From the NCBI GenBank assembly GCA_964638585.1, contig CAZXAN010000001.1, forward strand, positions 23,454-87,453: 64,000 bases of DNA, written 5' to 3'. Below, piece by piece: positions 7,843 through 17,222 of the stretch. The notes below the pieces were generated by a model. The model was not told where the DNA came from. It ran no database searches and saw only the letters and a program-made list of their open reading frames with translations. The position numbers and the translations under genes were made by a program. Source of the stretch: an uncultured Candidatus Saccharibacteria bacterium (GTDB lineage Bacteria; Patescibacteriota; Minisyncoccia; Phycocordibacterales; Phycocordibacteraceae). Within the stretch, counting starts at the first letter, position 1, and every line of letters starts with the position of its first letter.

Positions 7843-8277
7843 TCAGTGAGGTTTGAACCGCCTCCATTCCCCGACCATGATGCGCTCGGGGATCACGCAC
7901 GACATGGTGTTGTAGCGCAGGTGGTAGAGGGCTCCTAGCCCTTGACCCGGGATTTTCCCGACATGCGGTACCATCACCGGTAAGATCGCTGGCAGGTCCC
8001 CCTTAAAGCAAGCGAATTTCACCTCCCTGAAGAACTGCTCCGCCTGGTCGTAGAGAGACCGATAAACAGGAACAGCACTTTCCTTCAGAGCGGCCAAGGT
8101 CTCGCTCAATTTGAGCAATATCTGATCGCGCCCTCGGTAGCGCGCCCAGTTGACGACACCTTGCCGATCCGGAAGGTTATACTCGTTGTTATTGGTACCC
8201 TGCATGGAACGTATGGGCCGAGTTGACGGTGTAATCGTCCTGCCGACCTTTGTTGCAACAGCACTTTGTTGATTCAT
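7843..8277 (-). CDS. Hypothetical protein (GC-rich)
   Basis: 144-aa ORF, no family recognised. GC appears elevated relative to neighbouring genes. Confidence 0.4.
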   Translation of the reverse strand: MNQQSAVATKVGRTITPSTRPIRSMQGTNNNEYNLPDRQGVVNWARYRGRDQILLKLSETLAALKESAVPVYRSLYDQAEQFFREVKFACFKGDLPAILPVMVPHVGKIPGQGLGALYHLRYNTMSCVIPERIMVGEWRRFKPH

Positions 8278-8345
8278 AACCTATCCTTTCTATCGTTAAC
8301 AGACCAAAAACCCACTTCTTTCTACCGCAAAATAGTCAATTTAGC

Positions 8346-8372
8346 AAATAAAAAGCCGCCTGTGACAGCGGC
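8346..8372 (-). terminator. Intrinsic terminator downstream of rpoD
   Basis: On the minus strand the hairpin gccgc-tgtcacag-gcggc is followed by TTTTT. Confidence 0.45.
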
Positions 8373-8396
8373 CTGTCAATACGTCAGAGATATTGC

Positions 8397-10118
8397 TCAC
8401 GGACTTGCCAGATAATCCATACGGATGTTGGCTATTGTCGCACGAAGCTTCTTGTCTCGCTCAACTATCCACTTCATCCGCTGGCAAGCATGGAGCACGG
8501 ACGTATGGTCTCTCTTGAATATCTTTGCTAGCTTGACCAAACTGAAGTTGAAGTCCAAGTTAAGCAAGTACATCACGAGGTGACGTGGCCACACGAATGA
8601 ACGGCGCCGAGACACACCGAGAACGTCATCCACACTTACACCGTACGCTTTAGCTACCGTCTGAAGTACTTTTTGTGAAGCGTCTTCTTTTTCTAATGTA
8701 ACGACAGAGCCGACATCTGCGACGATTGGATCCTCTTCCGGTGGCTCGACTACAACTGCGGGTTCGCGATCAAGCTGTATAGCTCGTAAAACCTTCTTCA
8801 CAGCTCGAGCCGCGACTTGACGAGCATACTCGCGCGTGAAGCCGAACTTGTTTCCGATGTCCTCGAGCGTGAACGACCTGTCGCCGTTAACTCCGGTTCT
8901 GAGACTGAGTACCTCCCGTTCTTGTTGTGTAAGTGTACGGAAGGCTCGCTCTACTTCATCGGCGTTAGCCCTTTCCATCAAGACATCTTCTTGGGTCGGA
9001 CTGGTATCGGCAATGAGATCGAGGAGAGGAGTGTCACTATCTCCAACCTCTTCGTCCAAGGAAACCATATTTTGGAAGCGAAGCGCCTCTTCGAGAAGAT
9101 TGGCCTCGCTGGGAGCGAGCTCCATTGCCGACGTAACCTCTCGGAACGTCGGTTCGCGACCTAGTGTGCTTGTGTACTCGCGTCGTGCCTTAAAGTACTT
9201 GCGCATAGTCTCACACAAGTGAACGGGAATGCGAACTATCCGATCGGTATCCATGATCGCTCGTGTGATGACCTGGCGGATCCACCACGTGGCATACGTA
9301 GAAAACTTGTAGCCGAGATGATAATCGAACTTCTCGACCGCTTTCAGTAGCCCGATGTTTCCCTCCTGAATTAGATCGAGAATGGTGAGACTTTCTGCAG
9401 TGCGAGTGTAGCGTCTCGCGATTGAAACCACGAGCCGCAAATTCGCCTTGATGAATCGCTCTTTGGCGACATTGTCTCCCTTTTCGATCTTTTGCATCAA
9501 TGCCACTTCCTCGTCCCTTGAAAGAATCCTGAACTGTCCGGCCTCCTGCAAGTATTTGTACAAGAGGTCATCGTGGTCCGCCCAGGGCAATTCGTACAAA
9601 GGTTTTGAGGTGACGAGTGGGTCTTCGATATCTTCAATTGCTTCTTCTACCGAGAGATCGACTTCTGCGAGAGTTGAAACATCTTCCGTTGCCGATTCTT
9701 CGACCTCGATTAAAGGCTCGTCGACTCGATTTGTCGGATAGAGTGGTGTGGCGCTAGGCCTCGAAACCACTTGTTTCTTCGGAAACTCCAGTACTTCCGC
9801 CTTGCCCGATACGCCGAGCTTGGCATTTTTCAGATATTCGCCCAGCTGAGTGACAAAGAATGAGAGAAGCTCTCGGTCTTTAATCACGCGAGCTGGCAGT
9901 AGTTCGGTAATTTCCGTAGGAGTTATATACCCGCGGCGTTTCGCGATTTCCAGGATGTGCGAATTCTTTGAGTTTAAGGTCCGTTTATTAAGTTCAGCCA
10001 GGAACGAAGGCACTACTTCTCCCATATTTACGACATTGGTCTTGTTCATTCTTACCCCTGTAAACGTTTGAGTGGTTAGTGGAAAGATCGGGTTTACAAT
10101 CTGATGCAAATCTCGCAT
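8397..10118 (-). CDS. rpoD: RNA polymerase sigma-70 factor (RpoD-like) with a C-terminal DnaA domain-IV-like DNA-binding domain
   Basis: Regions 1.2 through 4 are recognisable ([18 protein letters not shown].. and the 4.2 [30 protein letters not shown]). An extra roughly 100-aa tail, [34 protein letters not shown].., matches the DnaA C-terminal DnaA-box-binding domain almost motif for motif. The true start may be the internal Met at about 10049. Confidence 0.9.
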   Translation of the reverse strand: MRDLHQIVNPIFPLTTQTFTGVRMNKTNVVNMGEVVPSFLAELNKRTLNSKNSHILEIAKRRGYITPTEITELLPARVIKDRELLSFFVTQLGEYLKNAKLGVSGKAEVLEFPKKQVVSRPSATPLYPTNRVDEPLIEVEESATEDVSTLAEVDLSVEEAIEDIEDPLVTSKPLYELPWADHDDLLYKYLQEAGQFRILSRDEEVALMQKIEKGDNVAKERFIKANLRLVVSIARRYTRTAESLTILDLIQEGNIGLLKAVEKFDYHLGYKFSTYATWWIRQVITRAIMDTDRIVRIPVHLCETMRKYFKARREYTSTLGREPTFREVTSAMELAPSEANLLEEALRFQNMVSLDEEVGDSDTPLLDLIADTSPTQEDVLMERANADEVERAFRTLTQQEREVLSLRTGVNGDRSFTLEDIGNKFGFTREYARQVAARAVKKVLRAIQLDREPAVVVEPPEEDPIVADVGSVVTLEKEDASQKVLQTVAKAYGVSVDDVLGVSRRRSFVWPRHLVMYLLNLDFNFSLVKLAKIFKRDHTSVLHACQRMKWIVERDKKLRATIANIRMDYLASP

Positions 10119-10228
10119 ATCTTACACAGCTTGTCAACGTATAGACAGACTGCCGTTTTAGTGTAAAGTTATTTTCGGAACGGTTTTTTTGACTTCAATC
10201 AAACGCTAGACAACAGGAGAACAAAATC

Positions 10229-12301
10229 GTGCTTACTCCCTTTGGGTACCAGCAGGAATGTCTTGCAGTTACGGAAGCAGCGCGTCGTGACCATGAAAAA
10301 AGAGCTCTCGTCGTAATGGCAAGCGGGCTTGGAAAGACTGTTACCGCCGCGTTTGACGCCAAGTCATGGCGCCAGAAGAACACGGGTCGGTATCTCTATC
10401 TCTGCCACCAGAACGATATTCTCTATCAGGCCAAGACAACCTTTGAGGGTATCGTTGATCAAGGACAGACCTATGGGTACTTCCATGGGCAAGAAAAAAG
10501 CGCCGGGGCTGATTTTCTTTTTGCGTCGCTTCAGACGATGGAGCGCCACAAAGAGTCTTTTGACCCTCGTGCGTTCGCGTATATTCTGGTTGACGAAAGT
10601 CACCATTCTAGTGCGCGGACGTATCGCACCACAATCGAGTATTTTAAGCCGGATTTTTTGTTGGGGGTGACCGCTACTCCCGATCGGCTTGATGAACTTA
10701 ACATCCGCGATATCTATGGTGAGGAGGTGTACTCCTTGCCACTCGACGAGGCTATGGCGAGAAAGTTGGTAACACCAGTGGATTATCGGCTCCTCACTGA
10801 CGAAATACAACTTTCTGGCTACATTGAAACCGGCGGGGGGCGAATGAGCATCAACAAGCTCAATCGGAAGATTTTCATCCCGCGTCGGGATGAGGAGATT
10901 GCGAAAATCATCGCTCGTCATGTCAGTGGTGTGAAAAGTCCTCGCGTTATTATCTTCTGCAATTCGGTTCAGCACTGCGACCACCTGGCCAAGTTTATTC
11001 CGAACTGTTTCGCCATCCACTCGCGCGTTCCGTTAAAAGAGCGCGCCGTACGGTTGGAGCTGTTTCGGCAAGGCTTGGTAGGCACGGTGCTCGCCGTTGA
11101 CGTCTTCAACGAGGGTATAGACATACCACAGGCGAATGTCATCGTTTTCCTGCGGTCAACTGACTCTCCGACAGTCTTTCTCCAGCAATTGGGGCGAGGT
11201 CTGCGGAAGAATGAGGAAAAAGAAAAAGTGATCGTCCTAGATTTTGTCGCTAACTGCGAACGGATCAAGATGGTGCACGACCTCTATCAGTCGGTTGAAC
11301 GAAAAAAACAGCAAGTGCAAAAACAGTCGCAGCAGTCGAGCGGGCTTGAACCGATGACACTCAACATCAAGACGGGTGAATTCAAGGAAAAAATAGTACC
11401 CATTCTTAATCTGTTGGAACGGGTTCATCCGAGCTTCTATCCGACGTGGAAAGAGGCTGCAGAGGCCGCCTGCGAGCTCGGTGTTGGTTCAAAGGACGAG
11501 TACGCGAAGCTGTACCTGAAAGACCCACGCCTCCCGTCTAGCCCGCGCTACACATACCGCACCGATTTCCCAGGCTGGGAAATCTTCCTCGGCAAGCGAA
11601 CGGCAGAACGATACGAAACGTGGCAAGAAGCGAGCAAGGCCGCCATAGCGCTTGGTATAAAAACGCCAGCTGAATATAAAGAGCGATATACCGAGGACAC
11701 TAAACTACCGGCTGACCCGCCGTCATACAAAGAGTGGCCACGGTGGCCAGTGTTTCTGGGAGGCGAATTGAGAGACCTCTATCCTGACTGGGAGCAAGTA
11801 GCGAAGGTGTGCAAACACCACAAAGTTCAGTCGGTGGCCGAGTACTGGGACCTGTGTGATAAGGACAAGCGATTGCCACGACGACCCCATGATGTCTACG
11901 AAGACTTCCCGGGATTTGCGAAAATGCTTGGTACTAAGCGCATCGTTGAGGACCCATATCCGACCTGGCAGGAAGCGAGTAGAGCTGCAAAAGAGCTTGG
12001 CATAAAAAGTTCTTTTGATTACACGAAGAAGTACAAAAAGAATACTCAGCTCTATGCAGCGCCCGCCGATCGGTACCCGGATTTCCCTGGATGGGCTACC
12101 TTCTTAGGTATTCCAGAACGAGAAGTTGTTCAGGATCCATACCCGACGTGGCAAGAAGCAGGAAGAGCCGCAAAGACTCTAGGGATCCAGAGCGGGACTG
12201 AGTATCACCAACGGCGTCGAGAAGATCCACGTCTGCCCGGAGTGGTTCATCGATATAAAGGGTTCCCGGGCTGGAACAAATTCCTGGGTAAATCTCGCTA
12301 A
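10229..12301 (+). CDS. SF2 DEAD/DEAH-box helicase (ResIII-like) with five C-terminal helicase-associated (HA) repeats
   Basis: Walker A MASGLGKT and motif II VDESHH are present, followed by a Helicase_C region (QQLGRGLR). The C-terminal 290 aa comprise five repeats of about 55 aa each, YPTWQEAxRAAKELGIxSxxEY..LPxxPxxY.xFPGWxxFLG. GTG start with AGGAGA Shine-Dalgarno. Confidence 0.8.
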   Translation: MLTPFGYQQECLAVTEAARRDHEKRALVVMASGLGKTVTAAFDAKSWRQKNTGRYLYLCHQNDILYQAKTTFEGIVDQGQTYGYFHGQEKSAGADFLFASLQTMERHKESFDPRAFAYILVDESHHSSARTYRTTIEYFKPDFLLGVTATPDRLDELNIRDIYGEEVYSLPLDEAMARKLVTPVDYRLLTDEIQLSGYIETGGGRMSINKLNRKIFIPRRDEEIAKIIARHVSGVKSPRVIIFCNSVQHCDHLAKFIPNCFAIHSRVPLKERAVRLELFRQGLVGTVLAVDVFNEGIDIPQANVIVFLRSTDSPTVFLQQLGRGLRKNEEKEKVIVLDFVANCERIKMVHDLYQSVERKKQQVQKQSQQSSGLEPMTLNIKTGEFKEKIVPILNLLERVHPSFYPTWKEAAEAACELGVGSKDEYAKLYLKDPRLPSSPRYTYRTDFPGWEIFLGKRTAERYETWQEASKAAIALGIKTPAEYKERYTEDTKLPADPPSYKEWPRWPVFLGGELRDLYPDWEQVAKVCKHHKVQSVAEYWDLCDKDKRLPRRPHDVYEDFPGFAKMLGTKRIVEDPYPTWQEASRAAKELGIKSSFDYTKKYKKNTQLYAAPADRYPDFPGWATFLGIPEREVVQDPYPTWQEAGRAAKTLGIQSGTEYHQRRREDPRLPGVVHRYKGFPGWNKFLGKSR

Positions 12302-12329
12302 CCAGTTGTCCTTTGTTCTCATTCACACG

Positions 12330-12362
12330 CCACAGATGATGAGTCTGTGGTGTTTTCTTTTT
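12330..12362 (+). terminator. Intrinsic terminator of the helicase gene
   Basis: Hairpin ccacaga-tgatgag-tctgtgg followed by tgttttctttttt. Confidence 0.6.
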
Positions 12363-12369
12363 TACATAT

Positions 12370-12401
12370 AAAAACCACAGACTACTTACGAGAGTCTGTG
12401 G
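12370..12401 (-). terminator. Intrinsic terminator of the minus-strand small HTH gene (same stem sequence as the facing terminator)
   Basis: On the minus strand, hairpin ccacagact-ctcgtaagt-agtctgtgg followed by TTTTT. Confidence 0.55.
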
Positions 12402-12606
12402 TACGGAAGTTTTTCTTTTTATGTTTGGCGAGTTTCTTGCGGAAGTAGCCAGCCATTATGGCATTCACTGTGTAGTTATCTAGACCTATTTCTCGTATCT
12501 GTTTCGAAAGTCGAAGAATAGTAGCGACCTCGTCGTCACTCATTCCGTATTCGCGTGCAATGTCTTGAAGTGAAATCATGTCTGATTCTCCATGGAAACC
12601 ATCCAT
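12382..12606 (-). CDS. Small HTH-containing protein (sigma-70 region-4-like helix-turn-helix)
   Basis: 74 aa. The segment ISLQDIAREYGMSDDEVATILRLS looks like a helix-turn-helix. Weakly supported. Confidence 0.3.
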   Translation of the reverse strand: MDGFHGESDMISLQDIAREYGMSDDEVATILRLSKQIREIGLDNYTVNAIMAGYFRKKLAKHKKKNFRTTDSRK

Positions 12607-12682
12607 AGATATAGTACCGAGATAATTCTGTGAAAGTTACTCCTCATATGAAATATTTTGAGTCCATTTTATAGAAACGAAA

Positions 12683-12712
12683 AGCCCACGATGTAGCTTG
12701 GGGCTAATCGTG
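12683..12712 (-). terminator. Putative intrinsic terminator
   Basis: A 7-bp stem (cccacgat/atcgtgg) has a T-rich tail on the minus strand, downstream of the 12734..13231 gene. Confidence 0.3.
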
Positions 12713-12733
12713 GACCTGGTGCAACCTGCGCTG

Positions 12734-13231
12734 CTAGACTGTCGGAAGGAAGTCCGGTGCATCTGGATCTGATGCCAGGAGTGTCGCGTAGTGAGTCGCT
12801 TCAGCGCACAGAGCAGCCGAATTCATTCGTGCGAACATCTCGTCAAAGTACGGCTGAACTCCGCTGACAGCGCTGATGACGCCGTCGACGATAGCGCTAC
12901 CCCAGTACAGCGGATCTCCTGGAAGAAGCATGTGTGGTTTGGTCATGATAACGTCGCGTGACGAGAGTCCCGTTCGCCACGAAATCATGGCTTTGCCGTA
13001 CGCATACTTGCGGTACGGCCACTTCCATTCCGCTTCGACGCCGAATGAGTACTCGAATAGAATCGGGAGGGGCCGTCCGTTTTCATATCGAATGTTTGGG
13101 TCGAGAGCGACTATATGCAAGTCTCCACCTTTGACGTGATTACCGCTGATTGCATTCCTGATGCCAGGGAGTACGAACGCCTCAAAAGCATTATATGCTT
13201 TCGTTTTGTCGAGAAACGGTATTGGATTCAC
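12734..13231 (-). CDS. Hypothetical protein, possibly GlcG/HbpS-like (DUF336)
   Basis: 165 aa and GC-rich. There is a weak resemblance to DUF336 heme-binding proteins (GSAIVDGVISAVSGVQ). Confidence 0.3.
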   Translation of the reverse strand: MNPIPFLDKTKAYNAFEAFVLPGIRNAISGNHVKGGDLHIVALDPNIRYENGRPLPILFEYSFGVEAEWKWPYRKYAYGKAMISWRTGLSSRDVIMTKPHMLLPGDPLYWGSAIVDGVISAVSGVQPYFDEMFARMNSAALCAEATHYATLLASDPDAPDFLPTV

Positions 13232-13457
13232 TTGAAAGTCTCCGGTTTGGGTTATTGAGAAAGTACTATCGTCCGTATTGACGATACTTGCTTTATAATA
13301 TATTGATTGATTATTGTCAAATTCTCTGGATGAAGGATGCTCCCGTTTTTGTTATCGAGTAATCTCTATTAGAAAAAAGCAGTCCCCTTTGGGGTTCAAA
13401 ACTGTTTGGTATGAAAAAGTGAACCGCCTCCCAACGGTTCTGTTGGTGGCGGCTGCT

Positions 13458-13853
13458 CTATTGCCTCAACGTTGCGAAGTAGTCACGCCAGGTGGTTCCT
13501 TTCGTATGGTCACGCGGCACGAATTTTTCGATCAGCATGACCTCGATGTCGATATTAAGCGGAGAGAGTCGCTCCACAATTTTCTCGAGCTCATCAGCCG
13601 ACGCCTTTGACCCAATCACACGAAGAAAGGGTTGACCTCCGCCATCAGTGTCGACTACCGTGTCGTCGTACAGCGTAAGAACGACGTCCTTCTCGTACGA
13701 GGCCCCCTTAAGCAGTCTCTTCGTCGCCAGATATACCGCGCTACAGTCCGATGCTTCGGGAAAGCCGTGGAACTCAATGTTCGGCATTACATTCTCCTTA
13801 AGGATGGTGGATGCAAACCAGTTTCCCGGTTCGCACGTTTGCACTAACGCCAA
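13458..13853 (-). CDS. Hypothetical protein translationally coupled to the upstream XRE regulator
   Basis: A TTG start lies 1 nt after the XRE stop, and an internal Met (MPNIEFHGF..) is an alternative start. No family recognised. Confidence 0.35.
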   Translation of the reverse strand: MALVQTCEPGNWFASTILKENVMPNIEFHGFPEASDCSAVYLATKRLLKGASYEKDVVLTLYDDTVVDTDGGGQPFLRVIGSKASADELEKIVERLSPLNIDIEVMLIEKFVPRDHTKGTTWRDYFATLRQ

Positions 13854-13854
13854 C

Positions 13855-14139
13855 TTATTTTGCCCGATTGAGAATAGGCTGAACAGAAAGTAAAAGTTCG
13901 CGCTGGAGTCTCTTTATCTCGTCCTCGGGATGCTGAATCGATTCGGCGACGAAAACGAGTTGGGAGAGTCTCAGTCCAAGAGCTTTTGCGATTTTTTGTG
14001 CGGTCTGCAACGATATTCCGCGCTGGTCCTTTTCAATTCGTGTGATAGCCGACGGCGACAGCCCAGTTCTTTTTGCAAGATCCTTCCCAGAAAGATCAAT
14101 GTTCTTTCGTGCGAGTCTTATTGCTAAACCGATCTTCAT
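13855..14139 (-). CDS. XRE-family HTH transcriptional regulator
   Basis: LSGKDLAKRTGLSPSAITRIEKDQRGISLQTAQKIAKALG is a canonical Cro/CI-type HTH. Confidence 0.75.
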   Translation of the reverse strand: MKIGLAIRLARKNIDLSGKDLAKRTGLSPSAITRIEKDQRGISLQTAQKIAKALGLRLSQLVFVAESIQHPEDEIKRLQRELLLSVQPILNRAK

Positions 14140-14266
14140 ACGAAACTCCTCGTTCGTTATTGGCGGTGTCTAGGCGAACCCCAGACGTGCCACAACATTA
14201 CCTCTGTAAAGTCCAATGTCAAATGAAAAATAGAACCGCCCGTCTAATGAACCATGAGCGGCTCTA

Positions 14267-14695
14267 TTAGACGGACGGTAAGGGTTTAATGTGGAAGATA
14301 TACTTGAATCCGAAGTACGCCAAGACCGATACGAGAACCGTTAAAATCGCTTGTGCTACAAGATAGTGAAGGTGGAGATATTCCACCAGAACGTAGAGCA
14401 AGCCAGTATTGATGATCCAATTACCAGCCGCCATAAACGTGTACAGGACGAGCTGACGGTTCAACGATTTTCTATCTTTGTTTTTAAAGGTCCAATACTT
14501 CTGACTCAAAAAGTTCACGAAGTAGTAGCCTACAAAAGCTACGGTTGCCGAGGCGATGTACCAGACACCCGCAAACTCTGTAAGTCCATAGAGCAGTGCA
14601 TAATACGTAGCAACGCTCAAACTTCCAACAATAAGAAAGCGACCCACACGGCCACTCTCTTCCACCAGAGCAGGTCGCATGATAGGTTCTCCCAA
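14267..14695 (-). CDS. GtrA-family membrane protein
   Basis: 142 aa with four TM helices and the GtrA-like motif QKYWTFKNK. Confidence 0.65.
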   Translation of the reverse strand: MGEPIMRPALVEESGRVGRFLIVGSLSVATYYALLYGLTEFAGVWYIASATVAFVGYYFVNFLSQKYWTFKNKDRKSLNRQLVLYTFMAAGNWIINTGLLYVLVEYLHLHYLVAQAILTVLVSVLAYFGFKYIFHIKPLPSV

Positions 14696-14829
14696 AGTTA
14701 TCCTTCTTAAGACTCCTATACGTGAACTAGGAAGTCAAATGAGATAGAATAAAGCTAATGACAAATAATGAATTGCCACTTGGTGTGTATGAGCGCTACA
14801 AAGGCAAATCGTGATAATGTAATGCAACT

Positions 14830-15483
14830 ATGATTAAGCTTGTAATTATCGATATTGACGACACTCTCATTCTCACAGAGAAAGCTTGTTTTAAGGTTGA
14901 AAACAGGATTGCAGAAGGAATGGGATTCTTACCTATGAGCAGAGAAACTCATATGAAGAATTGGGGAACGCCGTTAAAAGAAGCTATAATCGAAAGATTT
15001 CCAGGAATTGATGCAGAAGTCTTTGCACAGAAACTAAAAGAACAATTGCCGGATTTGGTGAGAACCGGGGAGATGGACGCTGTAAGCGATACGAACGTTC
15101 AGACTCTAGAAGCTATAAAGAAACTAGGGAAACGACTAGCCATACTCACGTCACGAGAACTATATGAGATGGAACATCTCTTAGACACAACCCATGCGCT
15201 GAATGATAAGATAGAAGCTTTTTTTCACAAGGATAATTCTGACTATACAAAACCAAACCCGAAGGTGTTTGATAAGATTCTTAGTCACTTTAACGTTGCA
15301 CCTTCGGAAGCGGTGTATGTTGGGGATACTCTAAATGATGGTCTTTGTGCCAAAGCCGCAGGACTTCACTTCGTTGCTTTGTTGGAAAGTGGGCTAAAAA
15401 CGAAAATGGATTTTGCATCGGTTCCGGTCGATTATTTCGCGAATATATTCTCTGATGTAGTAAGTTACGTCAACGCCAACTGA
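14830..15483 (+). CDS. HAD-family hydrolase
   Basis: Motif I VIIDIDDTL (DxDxT), a later VGDTLNDGLCAKAAG motif, and a Rossmann-like layout. Confidence 0.75.
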   Translation: MIKLVIIDIDDTLILTEKACFKVENRIAEGMGFLPMSRETHMKNWGTPLKEAIIERFPGIDAEVFAQKLKEQLPDLVRTGEMDAVSDTNVQTLEAIKKLGKRLAILTSRELYEMEHLLDTTHALNDKIEAFFHKDNSDYTKPNPKVFDKILSHFNVAPSEAVYVGDTLNDGLCAKAAGLHFVALLESGLKTKMDFASVPVDYFANIFSDVVSYVNAN

Positions 15484-15490
15484 TACTGCC

Positions 15491-15928
15491 CTAGACTGCT
15501 AGCTCGTCCAGGTCTTTAACTGAAATCCATGCGGCCATCATCCCAAAACCTTTTTTATTGATATCAAAGTTATTTATTCGTGATGGATTTTTAAGAAAAA
15601 TCAGCAAGCAATAGTTTTTATCTTTAAACATTTTATAGTACTTGGGTATTTCTTTTTCTGGAATGCCATCGCAGCCACCGTATTCAGTAAGAATCTGTTT
15701 AACTTTGCTCGGAGTTAAATGAGAAAACTGTAAAACGGAAGCAACATCAGCCTTCAGAGTTATCGGCTCGCCAGAGTTTTTAAAATAGACGGTATCATTC
15801 TTTTGGATTCTGTCCCAAGGCGTATATTTGTTTTTATACCACCGGGACTCAATTGTTTTCTCCCCATTTAAAATCTTGGGCAACAAACCCCATGATTTCT
15901 TCATTATGGCCACATGGTGCATATTCAA
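15491..15928 (-). CDS. ASCH (PUA-like) domain protein
   Basis: MKKSWGLLPKILNGEKTIESRW.. matches the N-terminal ASCH motif, and the protein is of ASCH size. Confidence 0.55.
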   Translation of the reverse strand: MNMHHVAIMKKSWGLLPKILNGEKTIESRWYKNKYTPWDRIQKNDTVYFKNSGEPITLKADVASVLQFSHLTPSKVKQILTEYGGCDGIPEKEIPKYYKMFKDKNYCLLIFLKNPSRINNFDINKKGFGMMAAWISVKDLDELAV

Positions 15929-15994
15929 TTCATTCTACCAACATAAGCTCTGTGGGGTAAAAGAAACACCCCGCCTTGGCGGGGTGTTGAAGCA

Positions 15995-16936
15995 TTAAGG
16001 ATTCGGCTTCTCTTTTGACCTCATTGGGTACGGTATTCTTCGTAACCAACCTCTCGCTGGTTTGTATGAACCCGGTAAAAGGTGCGTAATGACTTCGTCG
16101 TCGTGATATTTTTGTTCTTTCTCCGTTGCGAGTCTGGTCCGATAAAACATTGCCGAAGCCAGTTCTCCGTCCCAGAAGAGGTTCTCCCAACATGCGTAAC
16201 GTCCCGTATCTTTGATTTTCGCGATTACACTTTGAGGAGGACATACCGGAGCATAAAATTTCCACCAACTGTACGGCCGCATCAGTTCAATGCCTTTTTT
16301 CTTTGGCTCTTTAGTTACTGGGTCGTACATACGTTGCTTCGGCACGCGGACAATCACGGTGTCGCCCGCGCTGATATTGCCGGACACATACACGCTCCCG
16401 ACAACGCCACGTTTCCCGATAGCGACATTGGGGAAGAGACGATCAAGTCCCAGAATATCTGGGAACTTCGACTGAATCGCTTCTCCAGGCCACTGACAAG
16501 GAGTGTTTTCAGCCCACACTACGAGGACAGTCGTTCGCTTCTCGGTTTCGCTTTTTTGAAAGAACAGCATCGTGCCTGTTGGGAGCTGAGTGAACTTCGG
16601 AATGCCGCTCACGACAAGATTCTCGCCGAGGCACCCATACGGGATAGTTTCAGGGAGACTCATTGCCATTGCGATTTCCGTTAACTCTTCCAGTGAGACG
16701 GCCGAGAACTCGCGATAATTTGCTATCTCGGTCCCTTTTGACAAACCGAACTTTCGCAACTCACGTTCACGCACATCCAAGAGTCGTGTCCCGGAATGGG
16801 CGTCACCGCGAATGCCGTGAGCGCGAATTGCTTGAAGCTTCTTCACCTGGGTCGATATAATCGAGCCGAAAGTGTTTGCTACCAAGACCGCTTCAACACG
16901 ACCTTGAAGTTCAATGGGTTTCTTCTCCACTTTCAT
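15995..16936 (-). CDS. MOSC-domain protein (YiiM-like) with C-terminal extension
   Basis: RAHGIRGDAHSG and GENLVVSG are MOSC beta-barrel motifs. The last 130 aa or so are unassigned. Confidence 0.5.
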   Translation of the reverse strand: MKVEKKPIELQGRVEAVLVANTFGSIISTQVKKLQAIRAHGIRGDAHSGTRLLDVRERELRKFGLSKGTEIANYREFSAVSLEELTEIAMAMSLPETIPYGCLGENLVVSGIPKFTQLPTGTMLFFQKSETEKRTTVLVVWAENTPCQWPGEAIQSKFPDILGLDRLFPNVAIGKRGVVGSVYVSGNISAGDTVIVRVPKQRMYDPVTKEPKKKGIELMRPYSWWKFYAPVCPPQSVIAKIKDTGRYACWENLFWDGELASAMFYRTRLATEKEQKYHDDEVITHLLPGSYKPARGWLRRIPYPMRSKEKPNP

Positions 16937-17222
16937 TTCAATCTCCTGTGGCGGGATGTTGATGCATTACGGACTTTCGTCATTATTGGTGCCTTCTCGC
17001 AGTTGCTTCAAGCGACGTTCCCAATAGATCGAACGAATCAGCAGGACAACCAGTATAATGACGCCTAAAATGGTAATGGTGGTATCAGACATCTGTGCTA
17101 CCTCCTAATCTCGGTTTCGGCCAATACAGACCTCTACAGTTAGGCTAGCATATCTGCTATTCTTGAGCCATGATTGTTCCAATATCTTCCCATTAAGCCT
17201 AATTATAGTAGAATATACATAT

